Origin: Myxococcales bacterium
GTDB taxonomy: Bacteria > Myxococcota > Myxococcia > Myxococcales > 40CM-4-68-19
Assembly: GCA_038231075.1 (NCBI GenBank)
Contig: JBBRMA010000015.1
Coordinates: 35,904-99,903 of the forward strand
Length of the DNA: 64,000 bases
Direction: 5' to 3'
Positions within the stretch are counted from its first letter, which is position 1. Each line of letters opens with the position of its first letter. This document shows, in pieces, positions 42,101-51,500 of this stretch. The notes under the pieces were generated by a model. It made no database searches. It was not told where the DNA came from and saw nothing but the letters and a program-made list of their open reading frames with translations. Position numbers and translations under genes: made by a program.

Positions 42101-43897
42101 GGCCACGACATGGTAGGTGCCCGCGACCGCTGGGGCCGTGTAGCTGCCCGTCCCGTTCAGCGTGCCGCCCGCCGCGCCCTCCTGGATCGACCAGGTGCAA
42201 GCCGTGTCGGCCGAGCCGGTCACCGCACAGGAGAAGGCTTGGCCGACGCCGGTGAGCAGGGCGACGCTCTTCGGGCTGATGGTGACCGAGACCTTGGTCG
42301 CCGTGACGGTGGCCGTGTCGCTCTTGGTCGGGTCGGCGTGGCTGGTGGCGATGACGTGGTAGGTGCCGCCCGATGCCGGCGCAGTGTACGCGCCGGCTGC
42401 GCTGATGGTGCCGCCCGCCGCGCCCTCCTGAATCGACCAGGTGCACGTCGCGTCGCTCGAGCCGGTCACGGCGCAGCTGAAGGGTTGGGCCGCGCCGGTC
42501 AGCAGCGCGACGCTCTTGGGGCTGACGGCGATCGCCACTTTCGTCACCGTCACGGTGGCAGCGTCGCTCTTGCTCGGGTCGGCGTGGCTGGTGGCGACGA
42601 GGTGATAGGTGCCGGCCACGCCAGGCGCCGTGTACCCGCCGGCAGCGTTGACGGTTCCGCCGGCCGCGCCTTCCTGGATCGAAAAGGTGCAGGCGGTGTC
42701 GGCCGAGCCGGTGACCGAGCACGAGAACGGCTGCGCGGCTCCGGTGATCAGCGAGACGCTCTTCGGGCTCAGCGCCACGGCCACCGGCGGGACGACCGTG
42801 ATGGTCGCCGTGTCGGTGGTGACCCCGTCGGCGTGGCTGGTGGCGACGACGTGGTAGGTGCCCGGGGTCGCGGGCGCCGAGTACGTTGCGGCAGAGGCGC
42901 CGGCCACCGAGACGCTTCCGCCTGCGGCGCCTTCTTGCACCGAAAAGTCGCAGCCGAGGTCGGTGGCGCCGGTGACGTCGCAGCTGAAGGCCTGCGAGCC
43001 ACCCACCAGCACGACGGCGGCCTTCGGCGCCAGGGAGACCGTCACCGGCGGCGGAGCCGACACGGTGATCACCGACGCGCTGCTCCGGGACGGGTCGGCG
43101 TCGCTGGTGGCGATCACGTGGTAGGTGCCCGGCGTGGAGGGCGCCGTGTAGACCCCGCCGGTGACCGTGCCGGCGTAAGGCCCCTCGAGCATCGACCACA
43201 CCACCGCCGTGTCGGGCGAGCCGGTCACCGTCGCGGTCAAGGTCACCGAGGCGCCGATGAGCAGCTTTTCAGCAGGAGGGTCGACGACGACCATCACGAC
43301 CGGGTTGGCCGCGACGGTGACCTCGGCCGAGCCGTGCTTGGTCTCGTCGGCGTGGGCGGTGGCCACGACGTGATAGCTGCCCGGGTTGGCGGGCGCGGTG
43401 TAGAGGCCTTCGAGAGTGACGCTGCCGCCGGCTGCGCCTTCCTGCACCGACCAGCTGATGGCGGTGTCGAGGGCCCCGGTGGCGGTGCCGGCAAAAGAGA
43501 ACGTCGCGCCCGGAGCGAGCGAGACGGCGGAGGGAACGACCTGAACGGTGACTGGCACTGCGGCCACCTCGACCGTGGCCTCGGCAGCGAAGGGTCCGGC
43601 CACGGCGGCGCCGAGAACGTGGAAGCGGCCGGGTGCTGCGGGGGCCGTGTAGAGACCATCGGCGGAGATCGAGCCGCCCGTGCTTCCTTCCTTCACCGAC
43701 CAGACGACCGCTTGGTTGACGAGGCCGACGACGCTGGCGCCGAAGGCCTGCTGCGCGTTGGGCGTCAGCACCACCGAGAGCGGGGCGATGGTGATGCCTC
43801 CGTCGACCGAAACCGGAGCACCCCGCGCACAGGCTGAGCCCAGCAGCGCAAGCACGACGGCGGCAACATTGGCCGGAACGGACCGAACAAAAGGCAT
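39113..43897 (-). CDS. giant lipoprotein: 14 tandem Ig-like (Big_2-like) repeats + C-terminal GH30 glycoside hydrolase
   Basis: 1594 aa from the ATG at 43897 ('MPFVRSVPANVAAVVLALLGSAC' lipoprotein signal). The ORF track extends to 44002. I counted 14 'YTAP...G.YHV.A' repeat cores. The C-terminal 401 aa (39113-40318) carry 'MDGFGAAD', 'SAQNEPD' and 'WETEVSS', and are a close paralog of the GH30 domain at 2360-3545. Confidence 0.85.
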   Translation of the reverse strand: MPFVRSVPANVAAVVLALLGSACARGAPVSVDGGITIAPLSVVLTPNAQQAFGASVVGLVNQAVVWSVKEGSTGGSISADGLYTAPAAPGRFHVLGAAVAGPFAAEATVEVAAVPVTVQVVPSAVSLAPGATFSFAGTATGALDTAISWSVQEGAAGGSVTLEGLYTAPANPGSYHVVATAHADETKHGSAEVTVAANPVVMVVVDPPAEKLLIGASVTLTATVTGSPDTAVVWSMLEGPYAGTVTGGVYTAPSTPGTYHVIATSDADPSRSSASVITVSAPPPVTVSLAPKAAVVLVGGSQAFSCDVTGATDLGCDFSVQEGAAGGSVSVAGASAATYSAPATPGTYHVVATSHADGVTTDTATITVVPPVAVALSPKSVSLITGAAQPFSCSVTGSADTACTFSIQEGAAGGTVNAAGGYTAPGVAGTYHLVATSHADPSKSDAATVTVTKVAIAVSPKSVALLTGAAQPFSCAVTGSSDATCTWSIQEGAAGGTISAAGAYTAPASGGTYHVIATSHADPTKSDTATVTATKVSVTISPKSVALLTGVGQAFSCAVTGSADTACTWSIQEGAAGGTLNGTGSYTAPAVAGTYHVVATSHADPTKSDTATVTVTTVAVAVGPKSVSLLTSGAQAFTCTVTGSADTACTWSVQEGAAGGTVNGTGSYTAPGVAGTYHVVATSHADPTKSDTATVTVATLLIAVSPKTVSLITNAAQAFTCTVSGSADTACGWAVQEGASGGTVSGTGAYTAPAIAGTYHVVATSHADPTKTDVATVTVTSVSVAVSPKSPSLITGAAQLFACTVTGSADTVCTWAVQEGAGGGAIGANGGYTAPATPGTYHVVATSRADPTKSDTATVTVSAVAVTINPKNVSVFTGAGQAFTCAVTGSADTACTWSVQEGAAGGTVSGSGSYTAPAVAGTYHVVATSHADPSKSDTATIGVVVPVAITISPKSVSLITGAAQAFTCSVTGSADTSCNWSLQEGAAGGTVSAGAYTAPAAAGTYHVIATSHADPTKSDTATVTVTSVAVTISPKPVALLTNAGQLFTCTVTGSADTVCTWSVQEGAAGGAINGSGSYTAPAVAGTFHVIATSHADPTKSASSTVTVSAPPPVAITISPKTALLTTAGTQTFTCTVTGSIDTVCTWSVTEGAAGGSVTAGAYTAPSSAGTYHVVATSHADNTKTDTAVITVSAATDLVVNIASVKQKMDGFGAADIWSAALSDAQADLFFSPTAGIGLSILRIGIADNGSFLDGSAGSAMSDAKKAIARGAIVWGAPWSPLPSYKDTNNENTGSLLVAHYGDWANSLVNAVNTAKASGVALYGISAQNEPDFNTNGGYAMCLYSGTQMRDFIKVLGPKLAALNPRPKLMAAESSGWLHLWGGGYDYADTIINDATALSYLDILATHQYDIYANVPAHVLPANIPLWETEVSSFDGPSTDINNGITVAGWIHSALVTGGASAWHYWWLIGLNNDNEGLLNKGGVITKRLYTMGNFSKFIRPGFVRLGTTGGPTGVSLSAYRDPVSGALAVVAINTTAAAVPFALQISGASAAALTPWTTSATLNLAAQTALTPTGGRFSATLPATSVTTFVGTAQ
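40319..43816 (-). repeat. in-frame tandem array of 14 Ig-like repeat units (about 83-88 aa, roughly 250-265 nt each)
   Basis: The protein-level repeat is 'SPKSVSLLTGAAQAF.C.VTGSADTAC.WSVQEGAAGGTV...G.YTAPAVAGTYHVVATSHADPTKSDTATVTV'. Its periodicity is mirrored by regularly spaced plus-strand shadow ORFs (40389, 40680, 40908, 41412, 41625, 41904, 42162 and others). Confidence 0.85.
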
Positions 43898-44009
43898 ACC
43901 GGATAATACCAGAATCGAGTCGCCAGATCGTGGGCCCGGGGGTGGGTGCCGTCGGGCAAAAGTCCGACCTCCGATCTGTGATTGAATCGAAAAGGAGGTC
44001 ATTGGACTA

Positions 44010-45425
44010 ATGAACGCGTCGCAACTTTTTCTATGCCGGGCGCTCTGCGGCGCAGCGCTGATCGCTGGCTGCGCAAGCTACGTGTCGGGCGAGACGCCGC
44101 CGGGAGGTCCCCCTGCGGGCACCGTCGTCATCACTCCGCACGGCGCCTCGGTCTCGGTCGATGGGTCGATGACCTTCAGCGCCACCGTCGGCGGCTCGGC
44201 CGACGCGGGCGTCGACTGGTCGGTGCAGGAGGGCGCAGCCGGCGGCGCCATCGATGCCGAGGGTCTCTACAGCGCGCCCGCGAGCCAAGCGACCTACCAC
44301 GTGGTGGCGAAGAACCGCGCCGACCCGACGAAGTCCGATGTCGCCGCGGTCGCCGTCGTCAACGCCTGGGTTGACATCACGCCCCCCGGCATCTCGCTCG
44401 ACGAAAACGTGAACGGCAGCCCGAACTACGGCGCGCAAGAGGTGGCGGTCGATCCGAGCAATCCAGCGACGGTCTACCTGAGCACGGCCTACCAAGGACT
44501 CTGGCGGTCGGCGGACAGCGGGGCGCACTGGGTCAAGATCAACACCGGACGCAACGGAGACGCGCTGGACGCGGGCCGGGTCTGGGCCTTGGCGATCGAT
44601 CCGGTCTCGCCCCAGACGATCTACGCCTGCAGCGGCTACGGCGTGCTCGGGCTGGGGATCTGGAAATCGACCGACGGAGGCGTCGGCTGGGATCAGCTCT
44701 TCACCTCGAACCCCACCCAGAACCCGACCATCTCCATCAACGGCTCGAACTCGCCGGTGACGCCCGACATCTTCAGCTTCGACCTCGACCCGCTCAATCA
44801 CCTGCACCTGGTCGCGACCTTTCACGCGGGCTGGAAAGGCTTCAGCGGTGCGGGGGTGGTTGAGTCGCTCGACGGCGGAGCGACCTGGGTACTGCACGCG
44901 CCTCCGGACGGGATGGGCTTGGAGCAATACGTGTTCATCCTCAACGACAGCGCGACCTGGCTCGTGGTCGGCGTCGACCCGAGCGCGGGCACGTGGCGCA
45001 CCACCGATTCGGGCAGGACGTTCACCCGCATCAACGGCAACTTCCACTCCGGCGGCGGCTGCCAGCTGCACCGGGCAGGGGGCGGCGCTCTGTACCTCTC
45101 GGGCGTGAACGGAGTCTTCTTCAGCACTGACAACGGCGCTAGCTGGGTGAACGTGGCGCCGGGCGCCAACCGCAGCACGGCGGCGCTGGTGGGCACCGGC
45201 ACCACGCTCTTCGCCAGCAACTCCAACGCAACGCTCGCCGGCAGCGGTTCGCCGCTCTACAACCCGACCCTCTACGCGCCGCCCGGGACCGCCGACGGAG
45301 GCTGGAGCGACTACGGCTCGCAGCAGTACGCCAACGGCGCCAAGCGCTTCGCCTTCGACCAGCAGGGCCGTTTCCTCTTTGCGGCCTCGTGGCGCCAGGG
45401 AGCGTTTCGGCTCGCGACGCAGTGA
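44010..45425 (+). CDS. lipoprotein: 1 Ig-like repeat + Asp-box (BNR) beta-propeller, paralog 2 of 3
   Basis: 471 aa. AGGAGG lies 11 nt upstream. Lipobox 'LIAGC'. It has 'DWSVQEGAAGGAIDAEGLYSAPASQATYHVVA' and the Asp-boxes 'WRSADSGAHW', 'WKSTDGGVGW', 'SLDGGATW', 'WRTTDSGRTF' and 'FSTDNGASW'. It is collinear with 23146-24849. Confidence 0.8.
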   Translation: MNASQLFLCRALCGAALIAGCASYVSGETPPGGPPAGTVVITPHGASVSVDGSMTFSATVGGSADAGVDWSVQEGAAGGAIDAEGLYSAPASQATYHVVAKNRADPTKSDVAAVAVVNAWVDITPPGISLDENVNGSPNYGAQEVAVDPSNPATVYLSTAYQGLWRSADSGAHWVKINTGRNGDALDAGRVWALAIDPVSPQTIYACSGYGVLGLGIWKSTDGGVGWDQLFTSNPTQNPTISINGSNSPVTPDIFSFDLDPLNHLHLVATFHAGWKGFSGAGVVESLDGGATWVLHAPPDGMGLEQYVFILNDSATWLVVGVDPSAGTWRTTDSGRTFTRINGNFHSGGGCQLHRAGGGALYLSGVNGVFFSTDNGASWVNVAPGANRSTAALVGTGTTLFASNSNATLAGSGSPLYNPTLYAPPGTADGGWSDYGSQQYANGAKRFAFDQQGRFLFAASWRQGAFRLATQ

Positions 45426-45490
45426 CCCTTCTTCAGGGGGCCGATGCAGGCCGGGCCTGCCCGGCGCGGGACCGCGGCTGCAAGAGGGTT

Positions 45491-45519
45491 TCCACAAGCA
45501 GCCGTCCATGGCATATAAT
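45491..45519 (+). promoter_or_regulatory. candidate sigma70-type promoter: TCCACA (-35), 17-nt spacer, perfect TATAAT (-10)
   Basis: Read directly. TATAAT at 45514-45519 lies only 10 nt before the ATG at 45530, in a locally AT-rich patch. No Shine-Dalgarno sequence is visible. Confidence 0.35.
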
Positions 45520-45529
45520 TGAACCAACG

Positions 45530-48500
45530 ATGAAAATCATGAACAGCAGACTTGTCCTTGCGATTTGCGGTGCCCTGCTCGCCTGCCGTGGCCCCGACGC
45601 CTCGCCCCGCGCGGCCCCCGCGGCCGGGGTCTCGAGCGGCGCCTTGACCAGCGCGCCCACGCTCGACTCCGGCTTCCCCGTGCACGGCGGCGCGGCCGGC
45701 TCGGGCAGCCCTGTGTCCATCTCCTATGCGACGGTCGGGACCAATCGCCTCGTCGTGCTTGCCATCGAGGGCAACACCATCTCGGGTCTGCCCATCAGCG
45801 TGACGGGCTCGGCGCTGGCCTGGACGCAGCTCGGCGCGCCCGCCCGGTCGGTCAAGAAGCCGCAGCTCTGGACCTCGTGGTGGTCCGCGTGGGCCGCGGC
45901 GCCGACCAGCGAAACCGTCACCATCAAGCTGCCCGCCGGCGGATGGTGGAACTTCGTCGACGCCGAGCTCCTCGCCTTCGCGGGCGCCAGCCAGGCCCTT
46001 GGCGCGAGCGCGACCGCCCACGACAGCGGCGCCAACACCGTCTATCCCTCGGTCACCATCAATGCCGTCGCCGCGGGCTCGGTGTTGCTGGCGGCGGGAA
46101 TCGGGAGCTGGGCGAACCGCTTGCTCGATGCCAACTCGCTCGCGCTCTGGACGCGGCCCACGGCCCACACCTTCGAGTTTTCCACCTGGCTGGCTGAGTA
46201 CAAGACCGCGACCGGCGCCCCGGGTTCGTTCGTGCTCGGGACCACCGGCGGGACCCAGACCGACTCCTGGGCGCTCTTTGCCGTCGAGGTGCTGGCGGCG
46301 GCGCCTGCGGGCGTTGCCGTGGCGGTGAGCCCGAAGACCGCAGCGGTGCAAACCGGCGGCGCGCAGCAGCTGACCGCGACGGTGACTGGCTCGGCCAACA
46401 CCGCGGTGAACTGGCTGGTGCAGGAAGGCGCCGCGGGGGGCGTGGTCACCGCCGCTGGCCTGTATACCGCTCCGTCGGTGGCCGGCACCTATCACGTGGT
46501 CGCGACCAGCCAGGCCGACGGGACCAGCAGCGACTCCGCCACCCTGACGGTGTCCGCGCCTCCGCCGGTTGCGGTCGCGGTGAGCCCGAAGACGGCGGCG
46601 CTCCTCACAGGGGCGGCGCAGCAGTTCACGGCGACAGTGACCGGCTCGGCGAACACGGCCGTCACCTGGGCAGTGCTGGAAGGCGCCGCGGGCGGCGCAG
46701 TCACTGCCGCTGGCCTGTACACCGCTCCGTCGGTGGCCGGCACCTATCACCTGATCGCGACCAGCCAGGCCGACGTGACCGGCAGCGACTCCGCCACCCT
46801 GACGGTGACCGCGCCTCCGCCGGTTGCGGTCGCGGTCAGCCCGAAGAACGCCGCGGTCCTGGCGGGAGCTGCCCAGCAGTTCAGCGCCACGGTGACCGGC
46901 TCGGCGAACACGGCCGTGATCTGGTCGGTGCAGGAAGGCGCCGCCGGGGGCGCAGTCACTGCCTCGGGCCTCTACACGGCGCCAGCCGCGGCTGGCACCT
47001 ACCACGTGGTCGCGACCAGTCAGGCAGACGCGACCAAGAGCGACTCCGCCGCCGTGACAGTGACCGCGGCGGCCCCGCCGGGGGCGCCGCCGACGCTGGA
47101 CAGCGGCTTCCCGGTGCACGTCGGCGCCGGTGGCTCGGCCAGCCCGGTGGCGATTCCGTACTTCACGTCCGGCTCGAACCGCCTCCTCCTCCTCGCCATC
47201 GAGGCGAACACCATCTCCGGGCTCAATGTCTCGGTGTCGGGTTCGGTCCTCAGCTGGCAGCGGGTGAGCGCGCCCGTCCAGTCGGTGAAGGCCCCGCAAT
47301 GGTGGACCGTGTGGTGGTACGCGGTGGCGGCGCTGCCCACTGCAGAGACCGTGACCGTCAAGCTGCCCGCCGGCGGCTGGTGGAACTTCGTCGACGCCGA
47401 GGTGCTCTCGTTCGCCGGCGCCAACCTCGTGCCAGGGGCGACCGGGTCAGCCCACGACGGCGGCACGACCTCGGCCTTCCCGTCGGTGACCATCAACGCC
47501 AGCGCCACCGGGTCCTTGCTGCTGGCAGCCGGGACGGGCTCCTGGTCGACCCGCTCGCTCGACGCCAACTCGATCGCGCTCTGGACGCGCCCCTTCGTCA
47601 ACAACTTCGACTCCACGACCTGGGTCGCGGAGAGCAAGAAAGCCACCACCGCGCCCGGTTCGTACGTGCTCGGGACCACCGGCGGCAACCAGACCGACAC
47701 CTGGGCGCTCTCCGCCATCGAGGTCCTGGCCGCGGTCCCCGCAGGCGTGGCGGTCGCGGTGAGCCCGAAGACGCCGACGCTGATCACCGGCGGCGCCCAG
47801 CAGTTCACGGCCACGGTGACCGGGTCGGCGAACACCGCGGTCATTTGGTCGGTGCAGGAGGGAGCGTCCGGCGGCACCGTCACCGCCGCGGGGGCGTATA
47901 CCGCGCCCGCCGTGGCCGGCGTCTATCACCTGGTCGCGACCAGCCAGGCCGACGCGACCAGGAGCGACACAGCGACCGTGACAGTCACGCCGCCGCCGCC
48001 GGTGGTGGTCGCGGTGAGCCCGAAGACACAGTCGCTCATCGCGGGAGGGTCGCAGCAATTCACGGCGACGGTGACCGGCTCGGCCAACACGGCGGTGACC
48101 TGGTCAGTGCAAGAGGGCGCTTCCGGAGGCGTGATCACCGCCGCCGGGGTCTACACCGCACCTCTTGGGGCCGGCACCTATCACGTGGTCGCGACCAGCC
48201 AGGCCGACGCGTCCAAGAGCGACTCCGCCGCAGTGACGGTGACTGCGCCGCCGCCCGTCGCGGTCGTGGTCAGCCCGAAGACGCCGTCGCTGATCGCGGG
48301 AGGGTCGCAGCAATTCACGGCGACGGTGACCGGCTCTGCGAACACGGGGGTCACCTGGTCGGTGCAGGAAGGCGCCGCCGGAGGTTCCGTGAGCGCCGCG
48401 GGCGCCTACTCCGCCCCTGCGACGGCCGGCGCCTATCACGTGATCGCGACCAGCCTGGCGGATGGGACCAAGAGCGACTCGGCCACCATCACCGTCGCGG

Positions 48501-51500
48501 CGGCGGCGGCGCCCGGCGCGCCTGCGATCGACAGCGGGTTCCCGATCCACGTCGGCACCGGCGGCTCGGGCAACGGCTTGTCCATCACCTACTTTACTCC
48601 GGGCTCCAACCGGCTGGTGCTGCTGGCGATCGAGGCCAACACCATCTCCGGCCTTCCCATCTCGGTCTTCGGCTCGCTGCTGGACTGGAACCCCTACGGC
48701 CCGCCGGTGCAATCGGTGAAGAGCCCGCAGGTCTGGGTCTCCTGGTGGTACGCCTACTCTTCACTGCCCGTGGCGGATACCGTCAACATCAACCTGCCGG
48801 CCGGAGGTTGGTGGAACTTCGTCGACGCCGAGCTGCTCTCGATCTCGAATGGCGTGCTCGGCGCAACCGCCACCGCCAGGGACGCGGGGGCCGGGTCCTC
48901 GTATCCGGCGGTGACCATCACCGCAGTCGGCGGGTCGGGCTCGATGTTGCTCGCGGCGGGGGTCGGCACCTGGTCCACCCGGTCGCTCGACGCCAACTCG
49001 ACCGCGCTCTGGACCCGTCCTTTCGTCAACTCCTTCGACTCCACCACCTGGCTCGCAGAGCGGACGGCGCTGACGCCGGGCCCCGGCGCCTTCACGCTCG
49101 GCACGGTAGGGGGCAACCAGACCGACTCCTGGGCGCTGTCCGCCATCGAAGTGCAGTCGGTGGGACCGCAGCCAGTGGCCATCGCCATCAACCCCAAGAC
49201 TCCTTCGCTGGTCACCGGCGCAACCCAGCAGTTCACCGCCAGCGTGACCAATACGGCCAACACGGCCGTGACCTGGTCGGTGCAGGAAGGCATCGTCGGC
49301 GGCATCATTACCCAGGCCGGCGTGTACACCGCGCCCGGCTCGGCAGGCACCTTCCACGTCACCGGCACCAGCCAGGCCGATCCGACTCGCAGCGACACCG
49401 CGACGTTGACCGTGGCCATTCCGCCGCCGGCCAGCGTAACGGTGGCTCCGGGCACCGCCTCGCTCATCGTCGGCGCGACGCAGCAGTTCAGCGCCACCGT
49501 CGTGGGCCTCGCCGGCACCGCGGTCACCTGGTCGGTGCAGGAGGGGCCGTCCGGCGGCACCATCAGCTCGAGCGGCGTCTATGCCGCACCGGCCGCCGCC
49601 GGCACCTACCACGTGCTCGCCGTCAGCCAGGCCGACGGCACCAAGTCGGGCACCGCCACCATCTTCGTCACGGCTCCGGGCCAGGTGGTGATGCAGGGCA
49701 ACGACCCGATGCGCACCGGCTGGTACCCGAACCAGGCCACGCTCACTCCGTCCCTGGTCTCCAGCGGCACGTTCGGACAGCAGTTCTCCACGCCCGTCAA
49801 CGGGCAGATCTATGCCCAGCCGCTGGTGTGGAACGGCACCCTCCTGATCGCCACCGAGACCAACTGGATCTACGGCCTGGACGCGATCTCCGGCGCCATC
49901 CTCTGGTCGCGCAACCTCGGTACTCCCTTCAATGCCGCCGACCTCGCCTGCGGCGACCTCACGCCCAGCGTCGGCATCACCGGCACCCCCGTGATCGACG
50001 GCGCGACCGGCACCGCCTATCTGGTCGCCAAGTCCTACGTGGCGGGCAGCAGCGGCCCCACCGAGACCAAGATGCACGCGATCGATGTCGGCAGCGGCGT
50101 CGAGCGGCCGTCGTTCCCCGTCACCATCCAGGGCACGGCGCAGAACGCGAGCGGCCAGACCTTCGCGTCGAACACTGAGTTCCAGCGGCCGGCGCTGCTG
50201 CTGATGAACGGCGTCGTCTACGCAGCGTTCGGCGGGCACTGCGATGTGCCGCCCTATCAGGGCTGGGTTGCCGGCGTGACCACGGCTGGAAGGTTGTCCT
50301 CGCTCTGGACCGCGCGGGCCGCGGCGGGGCAGTCGGGCACCGGCATCTGGATGGCCGGCAACGGGCTGATGTCGGATCGCAGCGGCACGTTCTTCCTCGG
50401 CACGGGAAACGCACTGGGCACCGGCGGAACCCCGACCACGCCCACGCCCGGCAACCTGACCCCGAGCGATCTCGGCGAGTCGCTGGTGCGCATGGACGTG
50501 CAGTCCGATGGCACGCTGAAGGCCACCGACTTCTTTACGCCCTACGACGCCGTGCACCTCGACGCCATCGACGCCGACTTCGGCTCGGGCGGCGCAGTCG
50601 GGCTCCCGGCGCCGTACTTCGGCACGGCGTCGATTCCCCGTCTGCTCCTGGCCACAGGCAAGCAGGGCTATCTGTACCTCCTCAACGCCGACGCGCTCGG
50701 GGGCTGCCAGCAGGGGCCCGGCGCCGGCGACCAGGTGGTGGCGCGCGTCGGCCCGACCACCGGAGTCTGGTCGCACCCGGCGGTGTGGCCCGGCGACGGC
50801 GGCTGGGTCTTCCTCAACCCGGCCTTCGCCACCTTCGGCTTCTACAAGTACGCGGTCACCGGCACCGGCGCGCCCACGCTCAATCGCGTGGCCTCGAGCA
50901 ACGACTCCTTCGGCTTCGGCTCGGGCGCGCCCGTGGTCACCAGCAACGGCACGCAGTCGGGCAGCGCCTTGGTCTGGACCGTCTGGATGGCCGACGGCAG
51001 CGGGCAGAACGCGCAGCTCCGCGCCTATGACGCAGCGCCCACGGGCAGCGTGATCGCGCCGCGGTTCTCCGCTCCCATCGGCGCAGGCACCAAGTTCGCC
51101 GCGCCGGGAGTCAGCGGAGGCCGCATCTACGTCGGCGCCCGGGACGGCCACGTGCTCGGATTCGGCGCGCCGGTCGTCGCCCCTCTGACCGGCTCGCAGC
51201 TCTCGTTCCCCAGCACCCTGGTCGGGCAGAGCAGCACCATGGTCGAGACGCTCACCGCCGGCACTGCGGTCACCGTGACTGCCTTCTCCAGCAGCAACGC
51301 GGCCTTCACGTTCGGTGCGCCATCGAGCCCGCTGCCCGTCAGCCTCGCCGCCGGCCAGACGCTGACGGTGCCGGTGATCTTTACTCCGAGCGCCGCGAAG
51401 ATCGCTGCCGGCACGCTCACGGTGGCGAGCAGCGCGGGCCCGCTCCTGGAGGGCGTCACCGGCGTCGGTCTGGCCGCCGCTCCCCTTCTTACCGTGCTGC

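Noticed and set aside
40389-43124. Regularly spaced 66-92-aa plus-strand ORFs (possible small-gene array or CRISPR-like periodicity)
   Set aside because: The periodicity equals the Ig-repeat unit of the minus-strand gene. There is no spacer/repeat alternation (the units are continuous and coding), so this is not a CRISPR array or a set of independent genes.
39102-43199. 1365-aa minus-strand ORF in an alternative frame of the giant GH30 gene, and the plus-strand ORFs 39509-41539 and 41600-43837
   Set aside because: The translations are Arg/Gly/His-rich and repetitive, and simply reflect the tandem repeat in wrong frames. Only the 39113-43897 frame yields a lipoprotein signal, Ig-like repeats and GH30 motifs.
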